Shown here: positions 36,453 through 46,155 of the stretch, piece after piece
Position numbering within the stretch: the first letter of the stretch is position 1
How the letters are laid out: every line of letters begins with the position of its first letter
NCBI GenBank assembly: GCA_049508935.1
Contig: JBELAJ010000001.1
Location: 6,002-70,001, forward strand
Direction: 5' to 3'
Length of the DNA: 64,000 nt
Origin: Terriglobia bacterium
GTDB lineage: Bacteria; Acidobacteriota; Terriglobia; UBA7540
Made by a program: the position numbers and the translations under genes
The notes under the pieces: generated by a model
Told to the model about the DNA's origin: nothing
Databases searched by the model: none
Seen by the model: the letters and a program-made list of their open reading frames with translations, nothing else

Positions 36453-37505
36453 ATGAAAATACTCTTGACAGGGCATAAAGGCTACATCGGAACCTTAGCC
36501 GCGCCGATTTTCCAATCGGCCGGCCACGAAGTTGTCGGACTGGACAGCGATCTTTTTGCGGGCTGCGAATTCGGTGCCGCCGCCAGAGCAATACCTGAAC
36601 TTCGCAAAGACATGCGCGACCTGGCAGAATTCGATCTTCAGGGATTTGACGCGGTAGCTCATTTTGCCGCGCTCTCAAACGATCCCCTGGGAAACCTCGA
36701 TCGCAAGCTCACCTATAGCATCAACCATCAAGCTTCCGTCCGTCTTGCGGTATTAGCCAAGCAGGCCGGCGTGAAGCGTTTTGTCTTCTCCTCCTCTTGC
36801 AGCACGTATGGCGCAGCCGGGGATGCTTTCCACGACGAAACTGCTCCGCTCAACCCGGTGACTCCCTATGGCGAGTCTAAGGTTATGGTCGAGCGCGACA
36901 TCGCGCCGCTGGCAGACGAGAATTTCACCCCGACCTATTTGCGAAATGCAACCGCCTATGGGGTCTCACCGCGACTCAGGTTGGATATCGTGTTAAACGA
37001 CCTGGTAGCTTCTGCCTTCACCACGGGCCGAGTCTACATCAAGAGCGATGGGACACCCTGGCGTCCGATCGTGCACATCCGCGACATCGTGGGCGCTGCC
37101 CTCGCCATACTCGAAGCTCCCCGCGAGGCCGTCCACAATCAGACCTTCAATGTCGGCAGGACAGACGAGAACTACCGCATTCGTGAACTGGCAACCATCG
37201 TTGCCGAGACTGTTCCGGGCTCGCGCATCGAATATGCTCCCGAAGGCGGTCCGGACCTACGCTGCTACCGCATCAATTTTGACAAAATCCGCCGCCTGGT
37301 GCCAGGATTTCAGCCCAAGTGGACGGCACGCGAAGGTGCCCGGGAGCTTTACGAAGCCTACCGAGTTGCCGGTCTGACACGCGAAGACATGGAAACCGGT
37401 CGGTACATCCGCCTCAAGCACATCCAGCGACTGCTGCAAGCAGGCCTGTTGGATGCGTCGTTGCGCTGGCGCGCACAGCTCACCGGCAGTGCGGCAGTTG
37501 CTTGA
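36453..37505 (+). CDS. NAD-dependent epimerase/dehydratase (extended SDR)
   Basis: [23 protein letters not shown], and YGESKVMVE (YxxxK). Confidence 0.8.
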   Translation: MKILLTGHKGYIGTLAAPIFQSAGHEVVGLDSDLFAGCEFGAAARAIPELRKDMRDLAEFDLQGFDAVAHFAALSNDPLGNLDRKLTYSINHQASVRLAVLAKQAGVKRFVFSSSCSTYGAAGDAFHDETAPLNPVTPYGESKVMVERDIAPLADENFTPTYLRNATAYGVSPRLRLDIVLNDLVASAFTTGRVYIKSDGTPWRPIVHIRDIVGAALAILEAPREAVHNQTFNVGRTDENYRIRELATIVAETVPGSRIEYAPEGGPDLRCYRINFDKIRRLVPGFQPKWTAREGARELYEAYRVAGLTREDMETGRYIRLKHIQRLLQAGLLDASLRWRAQLTGSAAVA

Positions 37506-37547
37506 TCCTAGTTGTGTCAACTGTCGCCAGAAAGCGGTGCCAAGCAG

Positions 37548-38831
37548 ATGCAAGTGGCCAACCCAGCAATGCAGTTAGCAGTTGAGAATCAGCAATCTCG
37601 CCCAGCCAGAACCTGCCGTTTTTGTGGGGCAGGACTGGAGCGAACATTCGTCGATCTCGGGATGTCTCCACTATGTGAGACTTATCCTTCCGTTGATGAC
37701 CTTGACCGCGGCGAAGTCTACTACCCGCTCCACGCTTACTTATGCGATCGATGTTTCCTGGTGCAACTGGGAGAGTACCAAACACCTGAGAACATCTTCA
37801 GCAATTATCCCTACTTCTCTTCTTATTCCGACTCCTGGCTCAAGCACGCCGAGAAATACTGCGCAAAGATGATGGCTGAGCTGAACCTCAGCGCGCAGAG
37901 TTTTGTGGTGGAGGTAGCCAGCAACGACGGCTATCTGCTGCAATACTTTGTGCAGCAGCAGGTGCCGGTGCTAGGCATCGAACCCGCGGCGAACGTGGCC
38001 AGAGTTGCCGTGGAGAAGGGAGTGCCCACCTTGGTGGAGTTTTTCGGAACTCGATTGGCCACACAGTTGGCATCCGAAGGCCGCAGGGCGGACGTGGTGG
38101 CGGGTAACAACGTGCTGGCGCAAGTCCCGGACCTGAACGATTTCGTGGCGGGGCTTAGAATTCTATTGAAACCGGACGGTGTCGTGACGTTAGAGTTCCC
38201 GCATCTGCTGCAGCTTATTGAGCGGAACGAGTTTGATACCATCTACCACGAGCACTTTTCGTATTTTTCCATGCTCACCACTGCGCGGATTCTGGAAGCG
38301 CACGGCCTAAGAGTGATCGATGTGGAGGAGCTAGCCACGCACGGCGGCTCGTTGCGCGTCTACGCGTGTCGATCAGAAAGCCAAAAGTATGATGTGAAGC
38401 AGAGTGTCTCGGATCTGATTGCAGAGGAAGAAAAAGCGGGACTGGCATCGCCAGAAGGTTACAACGAGTTTGCACGGAAGGTAAAGGAGACCAAGCTCGC
38501 GCTCGTGGATTTCCTCATTACGGCCGCGCGGCAGGGCAAGTCGGTAGCCGGGTACGGAGCGCCGGGCAAAAGCGCGACCCTGCTGCACTATTGCGGCATT
38601 GGCAAGGACCTGATCCAATTCACGGTGGATCGCAGCCCCTACAAGCAGGGCAGGTTTCTCCCGGGCAGTCGTATCCCGATTTCGCATCCCGACCGAATCC
38701 GTGAGGCGAAGCCTGACTATCTCATTATCCTGCCCTGGAACCTGAAAGACGAAATCATGGGGCAAATGGAATTCATCCGGGATTGGGGCGGCAGATTTGT
38801 GGTGCCAATCCCGAAATTGACGATTGAGTAG
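37548..38831 (+). CDS. NDP-hexose C-methyltransferase-like SAM methyltransferase (Zn-binding N-domain, MT domain, C-methyltransferase C-domain)
   Basis: CRFCGAGLERTFVDLGMSPLCE...YPLHAYLCDRCFLVQL, YFSSYSDSW, VVEVASNDG, EFPH, and YHEHFSYFS. The TTG at 37512 is an alternative start. Confidence 0.75.
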   Translation: MQVANPAMQLAVENQQSRPARTCRFCGAGLERTFVDLGMSPLCETYPSVDDLDRGEVYYPLHAYLCDRCFLVQLGEYQTPENIFSNYPYFSSYSDSWLKHAEKYCAKMMAELNLSAQSFVVEVASNDGYLLQYFVQQQVPVLGIEPAANVARVAVEKGVPTLVEFFGTRLATQLASEGRRADVVAGNNVLAQVPDLNDFVAGLRILLKPDGVVTLEFPHLLQLIERNEFDTIYHEHFSYFSMLTTARILEAHGLRVIDVEELATHGGSLRVYACRSESQKYDVKQSVSDLIAEEEKAGLASPEGYNEFARKVKETKLALVDFLITAARQGKSVAGYGAPGKSATLLHYCGIGKDLIQFTVDRSPYKQGRFLPGSRIPISHPDRIREAKPDYLIILPWNLKDEIMGQMEFIRDWGGRFVVPIPKLTIE

Positions 38832-38842
38832 AGGAGGCGAAC

Positions 38843-39649
38843 ATGAAAGTGGTTCTGTTTTGCGGTGGCGCTGGAATGAGGCTACGGGGATACAGCGACG
38901 ATGTCCCCAAACCCATGGTGACCATCGGTTCAAGACCCGTACTGTGGCACGTGATGAAATATTATGCACACTTCGGCCACAAGGAGTTCATCCTCTGCTT
39001 GGGTTACAAAGCGAATGTAATCAAGAGCTACTTTCTCGACTATGAAGAATCGGTTTCCAATGACTTTGTGTTTTCCCAGGGGGGAAGGAAGCTGGAATTC
39101 ATGCAGCGGGACATCGACGATTGGACCATCACGTTCGTCGACACAGGCCTTCAATCAACCATTGCCGACCGACTGCGCCTGGCCGAGCCCTACTTGAAGG
39201 GGGAAGAGATTTTCCTTGCCAACTACAGCGACGGCCTGACGGATTTCGACCTGCCTGAGATGACGGAAGAATTCAGCCGGCGCAACGATTACGCGGGTTT
39301 TCTTACCGTACAGCCCCGGTCGAGCAGCCTGGACACCGTTCAAATGGACGATGATGGTTCCGTACGGGCGATCAAATGTATGAAGGATACCGACGTCTGG
39401 GTAAACGGAGGCTACTTCGTTCTGCGGAGGGAAGTTTTTCGATACATCAAACCAAGAGAGGAATTGGTCTACGAACCCTTCGCGCGGATGATTTCTGAGG
39501 GCCGTATATGGTCGAAACGGTACAAGGGCTTCTGGCAGTGCATGGATACTTTTAGGGACAAGCAAATCTTGGACGAGCTGGAAGCCTCTGGGAATCCTCC
39601 CTGGTGTTTGTGGAAGAACGGCCGCTCGACGAGGCGCATCGTAGCGTGA
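38843..39649 (+). CDS. rfbF: glucose-1-phosphate cytidylyltransferase
   Basis: RBS GAGGAGG. MKVVLFCGGAGMRLRGYSDDVPKPMVTIGSRPVLWHVMKYYAHFGHKEFILCLGYK, and GFWQCMDTFRDK. Confidence 0.85.
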   Translation: MKVVLFCGGAGMRLRGYSDDVPKPMVTIGSRPVLWHVMKYYAHFGHKEFILCLGYKANVIKSYFLDYEESVSNDFVFSQGGRKLEFMQRDIDDWTITFVDTGLQSTIADRLRLAEPYLKGEEIFLANYSDGLTDFDLPEMTEEFSRRNDYAGFLTVQPRSSSLDTVQMDDDGSVRAIKCMKDTDVWVNGGYFVLRREVFRYIKPREELVYEPFARMISEGRIWSKRYKGFWQCMDTFRDKQILDELEASGNPPWCLWKNGRSTRRIVA

Positions 39650-40308
39650 TCAAACTGAGCCTCGCGGGAAAAGACGCCGATCCCCTGACTGTGCTCTGTA
39701 TCGGCGCTCACGCGGATGACATCGAGATCGGGTGCGGTGGGACTGTGTTGTACCTAACACACGCCCTGTCCCGGGTAAAGTTTCATTGGGTGGTTTTTAG
39801 TACCCCAGGTCCCCGCCGTCAGGAAGCATGGGAGGCTGCCGAGCTGTTTACGAAGGGGTGCGAAAAGGAAGTCGTTCTAGAGGACTACCGGGATGGGTTC
39901 CTACCCTACAGCGGGGGCCAGTTGAAGGATTTCTTCGAGAAGATGAAAGGTCAAGTAAACCCGCATTTGATTTTCACCCCCTGGCGCGGAGATGCGCACC
40001 AGGATCACCGCCTGCTGGCAGAGCTTGCTTGGAACACCTTTCGAAACCATTTGATTTTGGAATACGAAATTCCGAAATACGACGGCGACATGGGTCGTCC
40101 TAATCTATTCGTTCCTCTTGATGCGCCGTTATACGAACACAAGGTCGAATATTTACTCCAGGCGTTTAAGTCTCAGCGCGTCAAACCATGGTTTGACCGG
40201 GAGACCTTTTTGGGCCTGACGCGTATCCGGGGCATGGAGTCAAACTCCCCCAGCGGGCACGCGGAGGCCTTTCACGTGCGAAAGGCAGTCCTTCAAGCAG
40301 GCGTTTGA
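39646..40308 (+). CDS. PIG-L/LmbE-family deacetylase
   Basis: LCIGAHADDIEIGCGGT, and HQDHR. GTGA overlap with the rfbF stop. Confidence 0.8.
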   Translation: MIKLSLAGKDADPLTVLCIGAHADDIEIGCGGTVLYLTHALSRVKFHWVVFSTPGPRRQEAWEAAELFTKGCEKEVVLEDYRDGFLPYSGGQLKDFFEKMKGQVNPHLIFTPWRGDAHQDHRLLAELAWNTFRNHLILEYEIPKYDGDMGRPNLFVPLDAPLYEHKVEYLLQAFKSQRVKPWFDRETFLGLTRIRGMESNSPSGHAEAFHVRKAVLQAGV

Positions 40309-40322
40309 CGGAAGAATCCAAG

Positions 40323-41684
40323 ATGGCTAAAACTCACGAACCAACGACAGCCCTGCCTTCTACGGCAGCCGCTGCGCACGACTACTCGAAATCCTGCGCC
40401 CTTCAGGCGAAAGCCCACCGGCTTATTCCCGGCGGGGCTCATACCTACGCTAAAGGCGACGACCAGTACCCTGAACGCGCCCCCGCCTACATCGTGCGAG
40501 GCAAAGGGTGCCACGTCTGGGATGTCGACGGTAACGAGTTCATCGAATACGGGATGGGCTTGCGCGCCGTGACGTTGGGTCACGCCTTTCAGCCGGTCGT
40601 CGACGCGGCCTCCCGGCAAATGCAGCTTGGGGCGAATTTCACCCGGCCCGCCAAGATCGAGGTCGACCTCGCCGAGGCACTGCTGGAAATTGTCGACGGC
40701 GCCGACATGGTGAAATTCGCCAAGAACGGCTCCGACGCTAACAACGCTGCGGTCAAACTTGCCAGGGCCTATACGGGCCGGGATCTAATCGCGATCTGCG
40801 GTGACCAGCCGTTCTTTTCGATCGAGGATTGGTTCATTGGCACAACCGAATTGAATGCCGGAATTCCCCGCACGATTGCAGACTTGACTTTGAAGTTCCG
40901 TTACAACGATCTCGCAAGCTTGCGGGCCCTTTTTGACCAGCACCCTGGCCGGATCGCCTGCGTGGTGATGGAGGCGGAAGCTGCGACTCCGCCCGTTCCG
41001 GGCTACCTGCAGCAAGTGAAGGAGCTCTCGGAGGAGCACGGAGCCGTTCTCGTATACGACGAGATGATCACCGGCTTCCGCTGGCATCTGGGAGGAGCGC
41101 AGAAATTCCACGGCGTCGTCCCGCATCTGTCGAGCTTCGGCAAAGCGATGGGTAACGGATTTGCAATTTCGGCGCTGGCCGGCAAGCGCGAAATCATGCG
41201 GTTGGGCGGACTTGACCACGACCAGCCCAGGGTTTTCCTGCTTTCCACCACCCACGGGGCTGAGACACATGCCCTGGCGGCGGCACTTGCAACTCTTCAG
41301 GTTTATCGCGAGCAACACGTGGTCGAGTTCCTCTGGATGCAGGGCGAGCGACTGCGGGGATTAGTGAGCCGCTCGATTGCAGAAAACCGGTTGGAGGGCT
41401 TTTTCGAACTCTTGGGGCGGCCTTGCAATCTTGTATTTGCGACTTTCGACCAGGAGGGCAAGCGCTCGCAAGCCTTCCGCACTTTGTTCTTGCAAGAGTT
41501 GATCCACCACGGAGTGATCGCCCCGTCATTTGTGGTGAGTTTCTCGCATACCGACGCCGACATCGACCGGACCGCCGAAGCTGTTTACGCAGCCCATACG
41601 GTTTATCGCAAGGCTTTGGATGAAGGAATTGACAAGTACCTCGAAGGACGTCCTGTAAAACCCGTGAACCGCAAGTTCAACTAA
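40323..41684 (+). CDS. class-III PLP aminotransferase (glutamate-1-semialdehyde aminomutase-like)
   Basis: GGAHTYAKG, KGCHVWDVDGNEFIEYGMG, VYDEMITGFR, and SSFGKAMGNGF (PLP-lysine context). Confidence 0.8.
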   Translation: MAKTHEPTTALPSTAAAAHDYSKSCALQAKAHRLIPGGAHTYAKGDDQYPERAPAYIVRGKGCHVWDVDGNEFIEYGMGLRAVTLGHAFQPVVDAASRQMQLGANFTRPAKIEVDLAEALLEIVDGADMVKFAKNGSDANNAAVKLARAYTGRDLIAICGDQPFFSIEDWFIGTTELNAGIPRTIADLTLKFRYNDLASLRALFDQHPGRIACVVMEAEAATPPVPGYLQQVKELSEEHGAVLVYDEMITGFRWHLGGAQKFHGVVPHLSSFGKAMGNGFAISALAGKREIMRLGGLDHDQPRVFLLSTTHGAETHALAAALATLQVYREQHVVEFLWMQGERLRGLVSRSIAENRLEGFFELLGRPCNLVFATFDQEGKRSQAFRTLFLQELIHHGVIAPSFVVSFSHTDADIDRTAEAVYAAHTVYRKALDEGIDKYLEGRPVKPVNRKFN

Positions 41685-41797
41685 TGTACTGGAGCGCCCT
41701 CGTGCCCCTCCTGTAAAAGAAACAGAGCGACTTGGTTCCTCATGGAGGAGGGACGCGCGGTGGTGGACAGCTTAGAACAAGGTAGATTCGCCGACTT

Positions 41798-42583
41798 ATG
41801 AAGGAACACCTAAAAGAACTCTATCGATATCGCGCGCTGCTCTACTCGATCACTTATCGCGACATAAGTATCCGGTACAAGCAGTCGATCATGGGATTCC
41901 TCTGGGCAATTCTGATGCCGATTCTGATTGTGCTGTCGGGCGTCGTGGTCCGATACGCCTACGCGATTGCCTCGGGAAAGCCTCTCCAGAGAGCCGACAT
42001 CGCAAGCGTAGCAGTAAAAGCTCTTCCTTGGGCCTTTTTTGTCTCCGCCATTCGGTTTGGTTGCAACAGCCTCAGCAGCAACGTGAACCTGGTCACGAAG
42101 GTCTATTTCCCAAAGGAGATTTTCCCGGTAGCGGCGGTACTGGCCAGCCTGTTTGATTGCTTTGTAGCCGCCGGAGGTTTGTTGATCCTCCTCTTTGCCA
42201 TGCGGATTGGCTGGAGCGCCAACCTCCTATGGATCCCGGTGCTAGTTCTGAGCCTGGTGATTCTGGTCACCGGAATTGATATGATCGTGTCCGCCGCCAG
42301 CCTGTTTTTCCGAGATGTGAAATACATCGTCGAAGTGGTCCTAACCTTCGGAGTCTTTTTCACCCCGGTTTTCTACGACATCCGCATGCTCGGCAAGTAC
42401 GGCAAATGGCTCTTGCTCAATCCTATTGCCCCCATTGTGGACGGACTGGGTAACTGCGTGGCCCGGCACCAGTCGCCGCAACTGATTTGGGTGGCGTACA
42501 GCTTCGCGATAGGCCTAATAGCGCTCTTTGGCGGCTATGCTTTCTTCAAGCATCTCGAACCAGCGTTCGCAGAGAGCATTTGA
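41798..42583 (+). CDS. wzm: ABC-2 type polysaccharide export permease
   Basis: YRYRALLYSITYRDISIRYKQSIMGFLWAILMP, six hydrophobic helices, and KVYFPKEIFP. Confidence 0.85.
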   Translation: MKEHLKELYRYRALLYSITYRDISIRYKQSIMGFLWAILMPILIVLSGVVVRYAYAIASGKPLQRADIASVAVKALPWAFFVSAIRFGCNSLSSNVNLVTKVYFPKEIFPVAAVLASLFDCFVAAGGLLILLFAMRIGWSANLLWIPVLVLSLVILVTGIDMIVSAASLFFRDVKYIVEVVLTFGVFFTPVFYDIRMLGKYGKWLLLNPIAPIVDGLGNCVARHQSPQLIWVAYSFAIGLIALFGGYAFFKHLEPAFAESI

Positions 42584-42595
42584 CCGGAGAACCTC

Positions 42596-44644
42596 GTGCC
42601 TGAAGTTTCGCTCTCGATAGGACGCGTCCAGAAAGAGTTCCGTATCGGGCCCACGATGCGGATTGGAGGTTTGGCGCTGCTTTTGCTGGCCGGAGCAACC
42701 ACGCTCTTGCCCGAAGACGGTAGGCCTCTCGCAACGTTTTCGTCAGAAACTGTGGACTTTGGGGTGCGACCTATCGGCGAGAGTTCCGTGGCCGTAATTA
42801 ACTTGACCAATACCGGCACCAGCCCTCTAACCCTGCGCAGTCTGGCCATAACGGAAGGGAACACCAGCGATTTCAGCCTGATTCAGAACTGCCCGAGTAC
42901 TTTATCCGCCGGTGCTAATTGCTCGCTTAAGCTTACCTTCAGGCCGATCGCACCAGGTCCACGCAAGGCCCTGATCAGCGTGAGCGATGGTGCAGGGACT
43001 GCCGTCCGGACTGCCGTTCTGACCGGTGTGGGCACTTCCCTCGAACTTTCGAGTCGGAGCCTGATGTTCGGCGCCGGTGCGCAGAGCATCACGGTCAGCA
43101 ACCGTGGAGGCGCTACGATTCGGATGGAGCCGGTCAGGATTGCGGGGCCCGACGCACGCGACTTTTCTGTTACCTCCACCTACGGCCCCGAGTTGACAGC
43201 CGGGGCCGCGTGCACAGTGATGGTCAAGTATTTGTCGAAAGCGAGGGAGGTACGCAGCGGTTCTCTGCTGATCAGGGATGATGGTTGCAATTGCACACCG
43301 GTGGTCAGTCTGGTGGGGGCCGGCGGCCAGTTCATGGTGCTCAGCGCCGACAAGACTCATCTTGTGAGCTCCATCACCCACAAGCCGGTTTTCATGGTGG
43401 GTGAACAGGCTTACAGCCTTGCAACCAACCTTTCCGGTGATTCGGATATCGAGTACTACCTTTCCGTCCGGCAATCTATGGGTTTCAACCTTCTTTGGGT
43501 GGGAGCTACCGACATTGCGTATCTCGTCGATAGTCCGAATAACGCGCTCGGAGACCCGCCTTTCAACGGTGCTCCCTTCACCCGGATGAACGAGGCCTAT
43601 TTCGCCCACCTCGATTACGTCATTCAGCGTGCCGCGGCTCACGGCTTTACGGTCGAGTTGAATGTGGCGTTTGTTGGCTGCGGGCCGTGGGGATGTCTGA
43701 GGTCGGCCGGTTGGTGTCCGGACCTGCTGGCTGCCTCGGATACCGATCTCAAGGCATTTGGTGAATACCTTGGTAAGCGTTACAAGTCCTATCCCAATAT
43801 CATCTGGATGTTCGGCGGAGATCTTGACCTCACACGCTATCCTGCTCTGAAAAACAAAACTATCGATATCGCTTTGGGAATAAAGCGAGCCGATACAGTT
43901 CATTTGATGACCATCGAGAATGAAGATCCCTACTTTGCCTCGCAGGACGGTTGGCAAGGCAGCACGCTGTGGGACGTGAGCTATCTCTATCATGTTGCCA
44001 AGGGCCTAGCCGCAAGTGCCAACTCTAACTATGCGCGGCATGACTTTCTGCCGATGTTCCTCGGCGAGGACAGTTTAGAGAACGAGACGGTTAGCGACCG
44101 CGTGGAGAGAGTCGAGGCCTATCAAGCAGCATTGGGTGGCGCTACGCTTGGATTCGTGTTTGGCAATTGCGTCATTTGGCCATTCGGAGCTGTCTACCCT
44201 TACTGCAAGATCGCTTCGGGCGAAACCTGGAAGAACCGCTTGAATTCGGCCGGTTCCGTCGCGAGGCAGCACCTGGGCCAGTTAATGCGGAGCCGGGAAC
44301 ACTGGAAGCTGGTCCCCGACATTAACCATTCCGTTGTGATGGGGGGCTACGGTTCTGGTGACACAGTCACGGTTACCTCGCGGGCCAGCGACGGCCAGAC
44401 TATCATCGCCTATATCCCGAACGGCAGCGAGGCAAGGATACTGGTGGACATGAGCAAGATTACCAGTTCTAATAACAGGACGAAATGTTGGTGGTTTGAC
44501 CCGTCTTCCGGGGCTTCAACCTTCATCAACGCTTTTGCCAATTCTGGGATGCGAAGTTTCACCCCGCCGGATACAAACGATTGGGCGCTAGTTATCGACG
44601 ACGACGCCGCTAATCTGCCGGCGCCCGGGAGTGTTGATCTGTGA
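42596..44644 (+). CDS. secreted protein with two Ig-like (ASH/choice-of-anchor-D-like) repeats and a DUF4038/GH140-like glycoside hydrolase with a collagenase-type C-terminal beta-sandwich
   Basis: Signal MRIGGLALLLLAGATTLL. Repeats FGVRPIGESSVAVINLTNTGTSPLTL and SDFSL..CPSTLSAGANCSLKLTFRP. Catalytic part FMVGEQAYSL..YLSVRQSMGFNLLW, YFAHLDYVIQRAAAHGFTVELN, and PNIIWMFGGD. C-terminal CWWFDPSSGA. Confidence 0.55.
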   Translation: MPEVSLSIGRVQKEFRIGPTMRIGGLALLLLAGATTLLPEDGRPLATFSSETVDFGVRPIGESSVAVINLTNTGTSPLTLRSLAITEGNTSDFSLIQNCPSTLSAGANCSLKLTFRPIAPGPRKALISVSDGAGTAVRTAVLTGVGTSLELSSRSLMFGAGAQSITVSNRGGATIRMEPVRIAGPDARDFSVTSTYGPELTAGAACTVMVKYLSKAREVRSGSLLIRDDGCNCTPVVSLVGAGGQFMVLSADKTHLVSSITHKPVFMVGEQAYSLATNLSGDSDIEYYLSVRQSMGFNLLWVGATDIAYLVDSPNNALGDPPFNGAPFTRMNEAYFAHLDYVIQRAAAHGFTVELNVAFVGCGPWGCLRSAGWCPDLLAASDTDLKAFGEYLGKRYKSYPNIIWMFGGDLDLTRYPALKNKTIDIALGIKRADTVHLMTIENEDPYFASQDGWQGSTLWDVSYLYHVAKGLAASANSNYARHDFLPMFLGEDSLENETVSDRVERVEAYQAALGGATLGFVFGNCVIWPFGAVYPYCKIASGETWKNRLNSAGSVARQHLGQLMRSREHWKLVPDINHSVVMGGYGSGDTVTVTSRASDGQTIIAYIPNGSEARILVDMSKITSSNNRTKCWWFDPSSGASTFINAFANSGMRSFTPPDTNDWALVIDDDAANLPAPGSVDL

Positions 44645-44728
44645 GATTGAAGCGTTTTCACCGGCGCGCATTTCCGGTGCCGCTCAGCGTTTCGGCCCTG
44701 CGCCCGGTACAGCAGACGAGAGAGCCAC

Positions 44729-46036
44729 ATGTCTGACGTTGCGCTCCGCATGGAGCACGTGTATAAGAAGTTCCGCAAAGGCGAGGTCTACAACTCTTTG
44801 CGCGACTTGATCCCTGCTTTGACCGGAAAGATGTTTCGGCAGCAGGAACTCAGTTCGGACGACAAACGAGAATTCTGGGCGCTCGAGGATATATCCTTCG
44901 AGGTCAAGCGGGGCGAGGCATTTGGCATTATCGGGCCCAACGGGGCGGGTAAGAGCACCATGCTGAAGCTCTTGAGCCGGGTCATGAAGCCGACCCGCGG
45001 CTCCTTCATTCTGAATGGCCGGTGTTCGGCTTTGATTGAGTTAGGCGCCGGCTTTCACCAGGACCTCACAGGGCGGGAAAACGCCTTCCTTTACGGCTCG
45101 ATTTTGGGTATGACCAGGCAGGAAATTGCCGACAAGTTCGATGCCATCCTTGACTTCTCCGGACTGGAGGATTTCATTGACACGCCCATAAAACGGTACT
45201 CTTCCGGCATGTACGCGCGTCTCGGCTTTGCAGTCGCCTCACACGTCAATCCAGACGTTCTCCTGGTCGACGAAGTTCTGAGCGTGGGTGATTACGTTTT
45301 TCAGTTGAAGTGTGTCGAACACATGAAGAAGGCTATCCGCGGCGGGGCTACGGTTCTCTTCGTCTCCCATAACTTAAAGACTATCGCGGAATTTTGCCAG
45401 AATTGTTTGCTGCTGGAGCGTGGGCGTCCGCTGATGCTCGGCCCCGTGGAACAGGTGATCCCAGCCTATCTGAGCCGTGCACTTATGGGTCCGGCGAGGG
45501 ATTCGACTTCAAAGCAAGTCAGCATTTCGACGGTCAAGGTGCGCAATGCACACGGCGAATGCTCACGATTTCAGTCCGGTGAGAGAGCCTGGATCGAAGT
45601 TGAGTTGCGTGCCCACGTGCGGTGCAGCAAGCTGTCTTTGAGTCTGTACATTACCGACGACCGGTTCCAGGAGGTTTTTAACACTTCAACCGAGCGACTT
45701 GGCCACGGTAATTTCACTCTTGAGCAGGATGAAGTCTTCACCTGCGTATTCGAGTTAACCTTAAATATGGTGAGCGGCGTTTTTCATCCCTCGATCCTCG
45801 TCTATCGGTATGACATTCAGACTGAGTATGACCGGTGGGCGCCCGCCACGACTATTTACGTCAGTTCTGATCAGGACGTGCGCGGCGCCGTGCATTGCTT
45901 TCCCAAAGTCGTCCGCCATGAGATCAGCCGCGGCCCGAACCCTGGTCCCACAGCGGTGTCTGGCGACGAAGCAACGCTTGTGGTTGGCCCTGGCGGCGGG
46001 TACCCACAAACGCCGCCCCTGCCTCAGAAGGTGTAG
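44729..46036 (+). CDS. wzt: polysaccharide ABC exporter ATP-binding protein with a C-terminal Wzt-type carbohydrate-binding domain
   Basis: Walker A GPNGAGKST, signature YSSGMYARLGFA, and Walker B LLVDEVLSVGD. A further ~190 aa beta-rich C-domain follows. Confidence 0.85.
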   Translation: MSDVALRMEHVYKKFRKGEVYNSLRDLIPALTGKMFRQQELSSDDKREFWALEDISFEVKRGEAFGIIGPNGAGKSTMLKLLSRVMKPTRGSFILNGRCSALIELGAGFHQDLTGRENAFLYGSILGMTRQEIADKFDAILDFSGLEDFIDTPIKRYSSGMYARLGFAVASHVNPDVLLVDEVLSVGDYVFQLKCVEHMKKAIRGGATVLFVSHNLKTIAEFCQNCLLLERGRPLMLGPVEQVIPAYLSRALMGPARDSTSKQVSISTVKVRNAHGECSRFQSGERAWIEVELRAHVRCSKLSLSLYITDDRFQEVFNTSTERLGHGNFTLEQDEVFTCVFELTLNMVSGVFHPSILVYRYDIQTEYDRWAPATTIYVSSDQDVRGAVHCFPKVVRHEISRGPNPGPTAVSGDEATLVVGPGGGYPQTPPLPQKV

Positions 46037-46155
46037 CGCGATTCTTGTAATTGCCTCGGCGCGGCAGTACAGTCCGCCCCGTCAGACGCGCATTTCATCG
46101 GCAGCCAGGTCGTTCAATATGCAATTTACTTTTGCGGTACTGACGAGGTGAGGGA

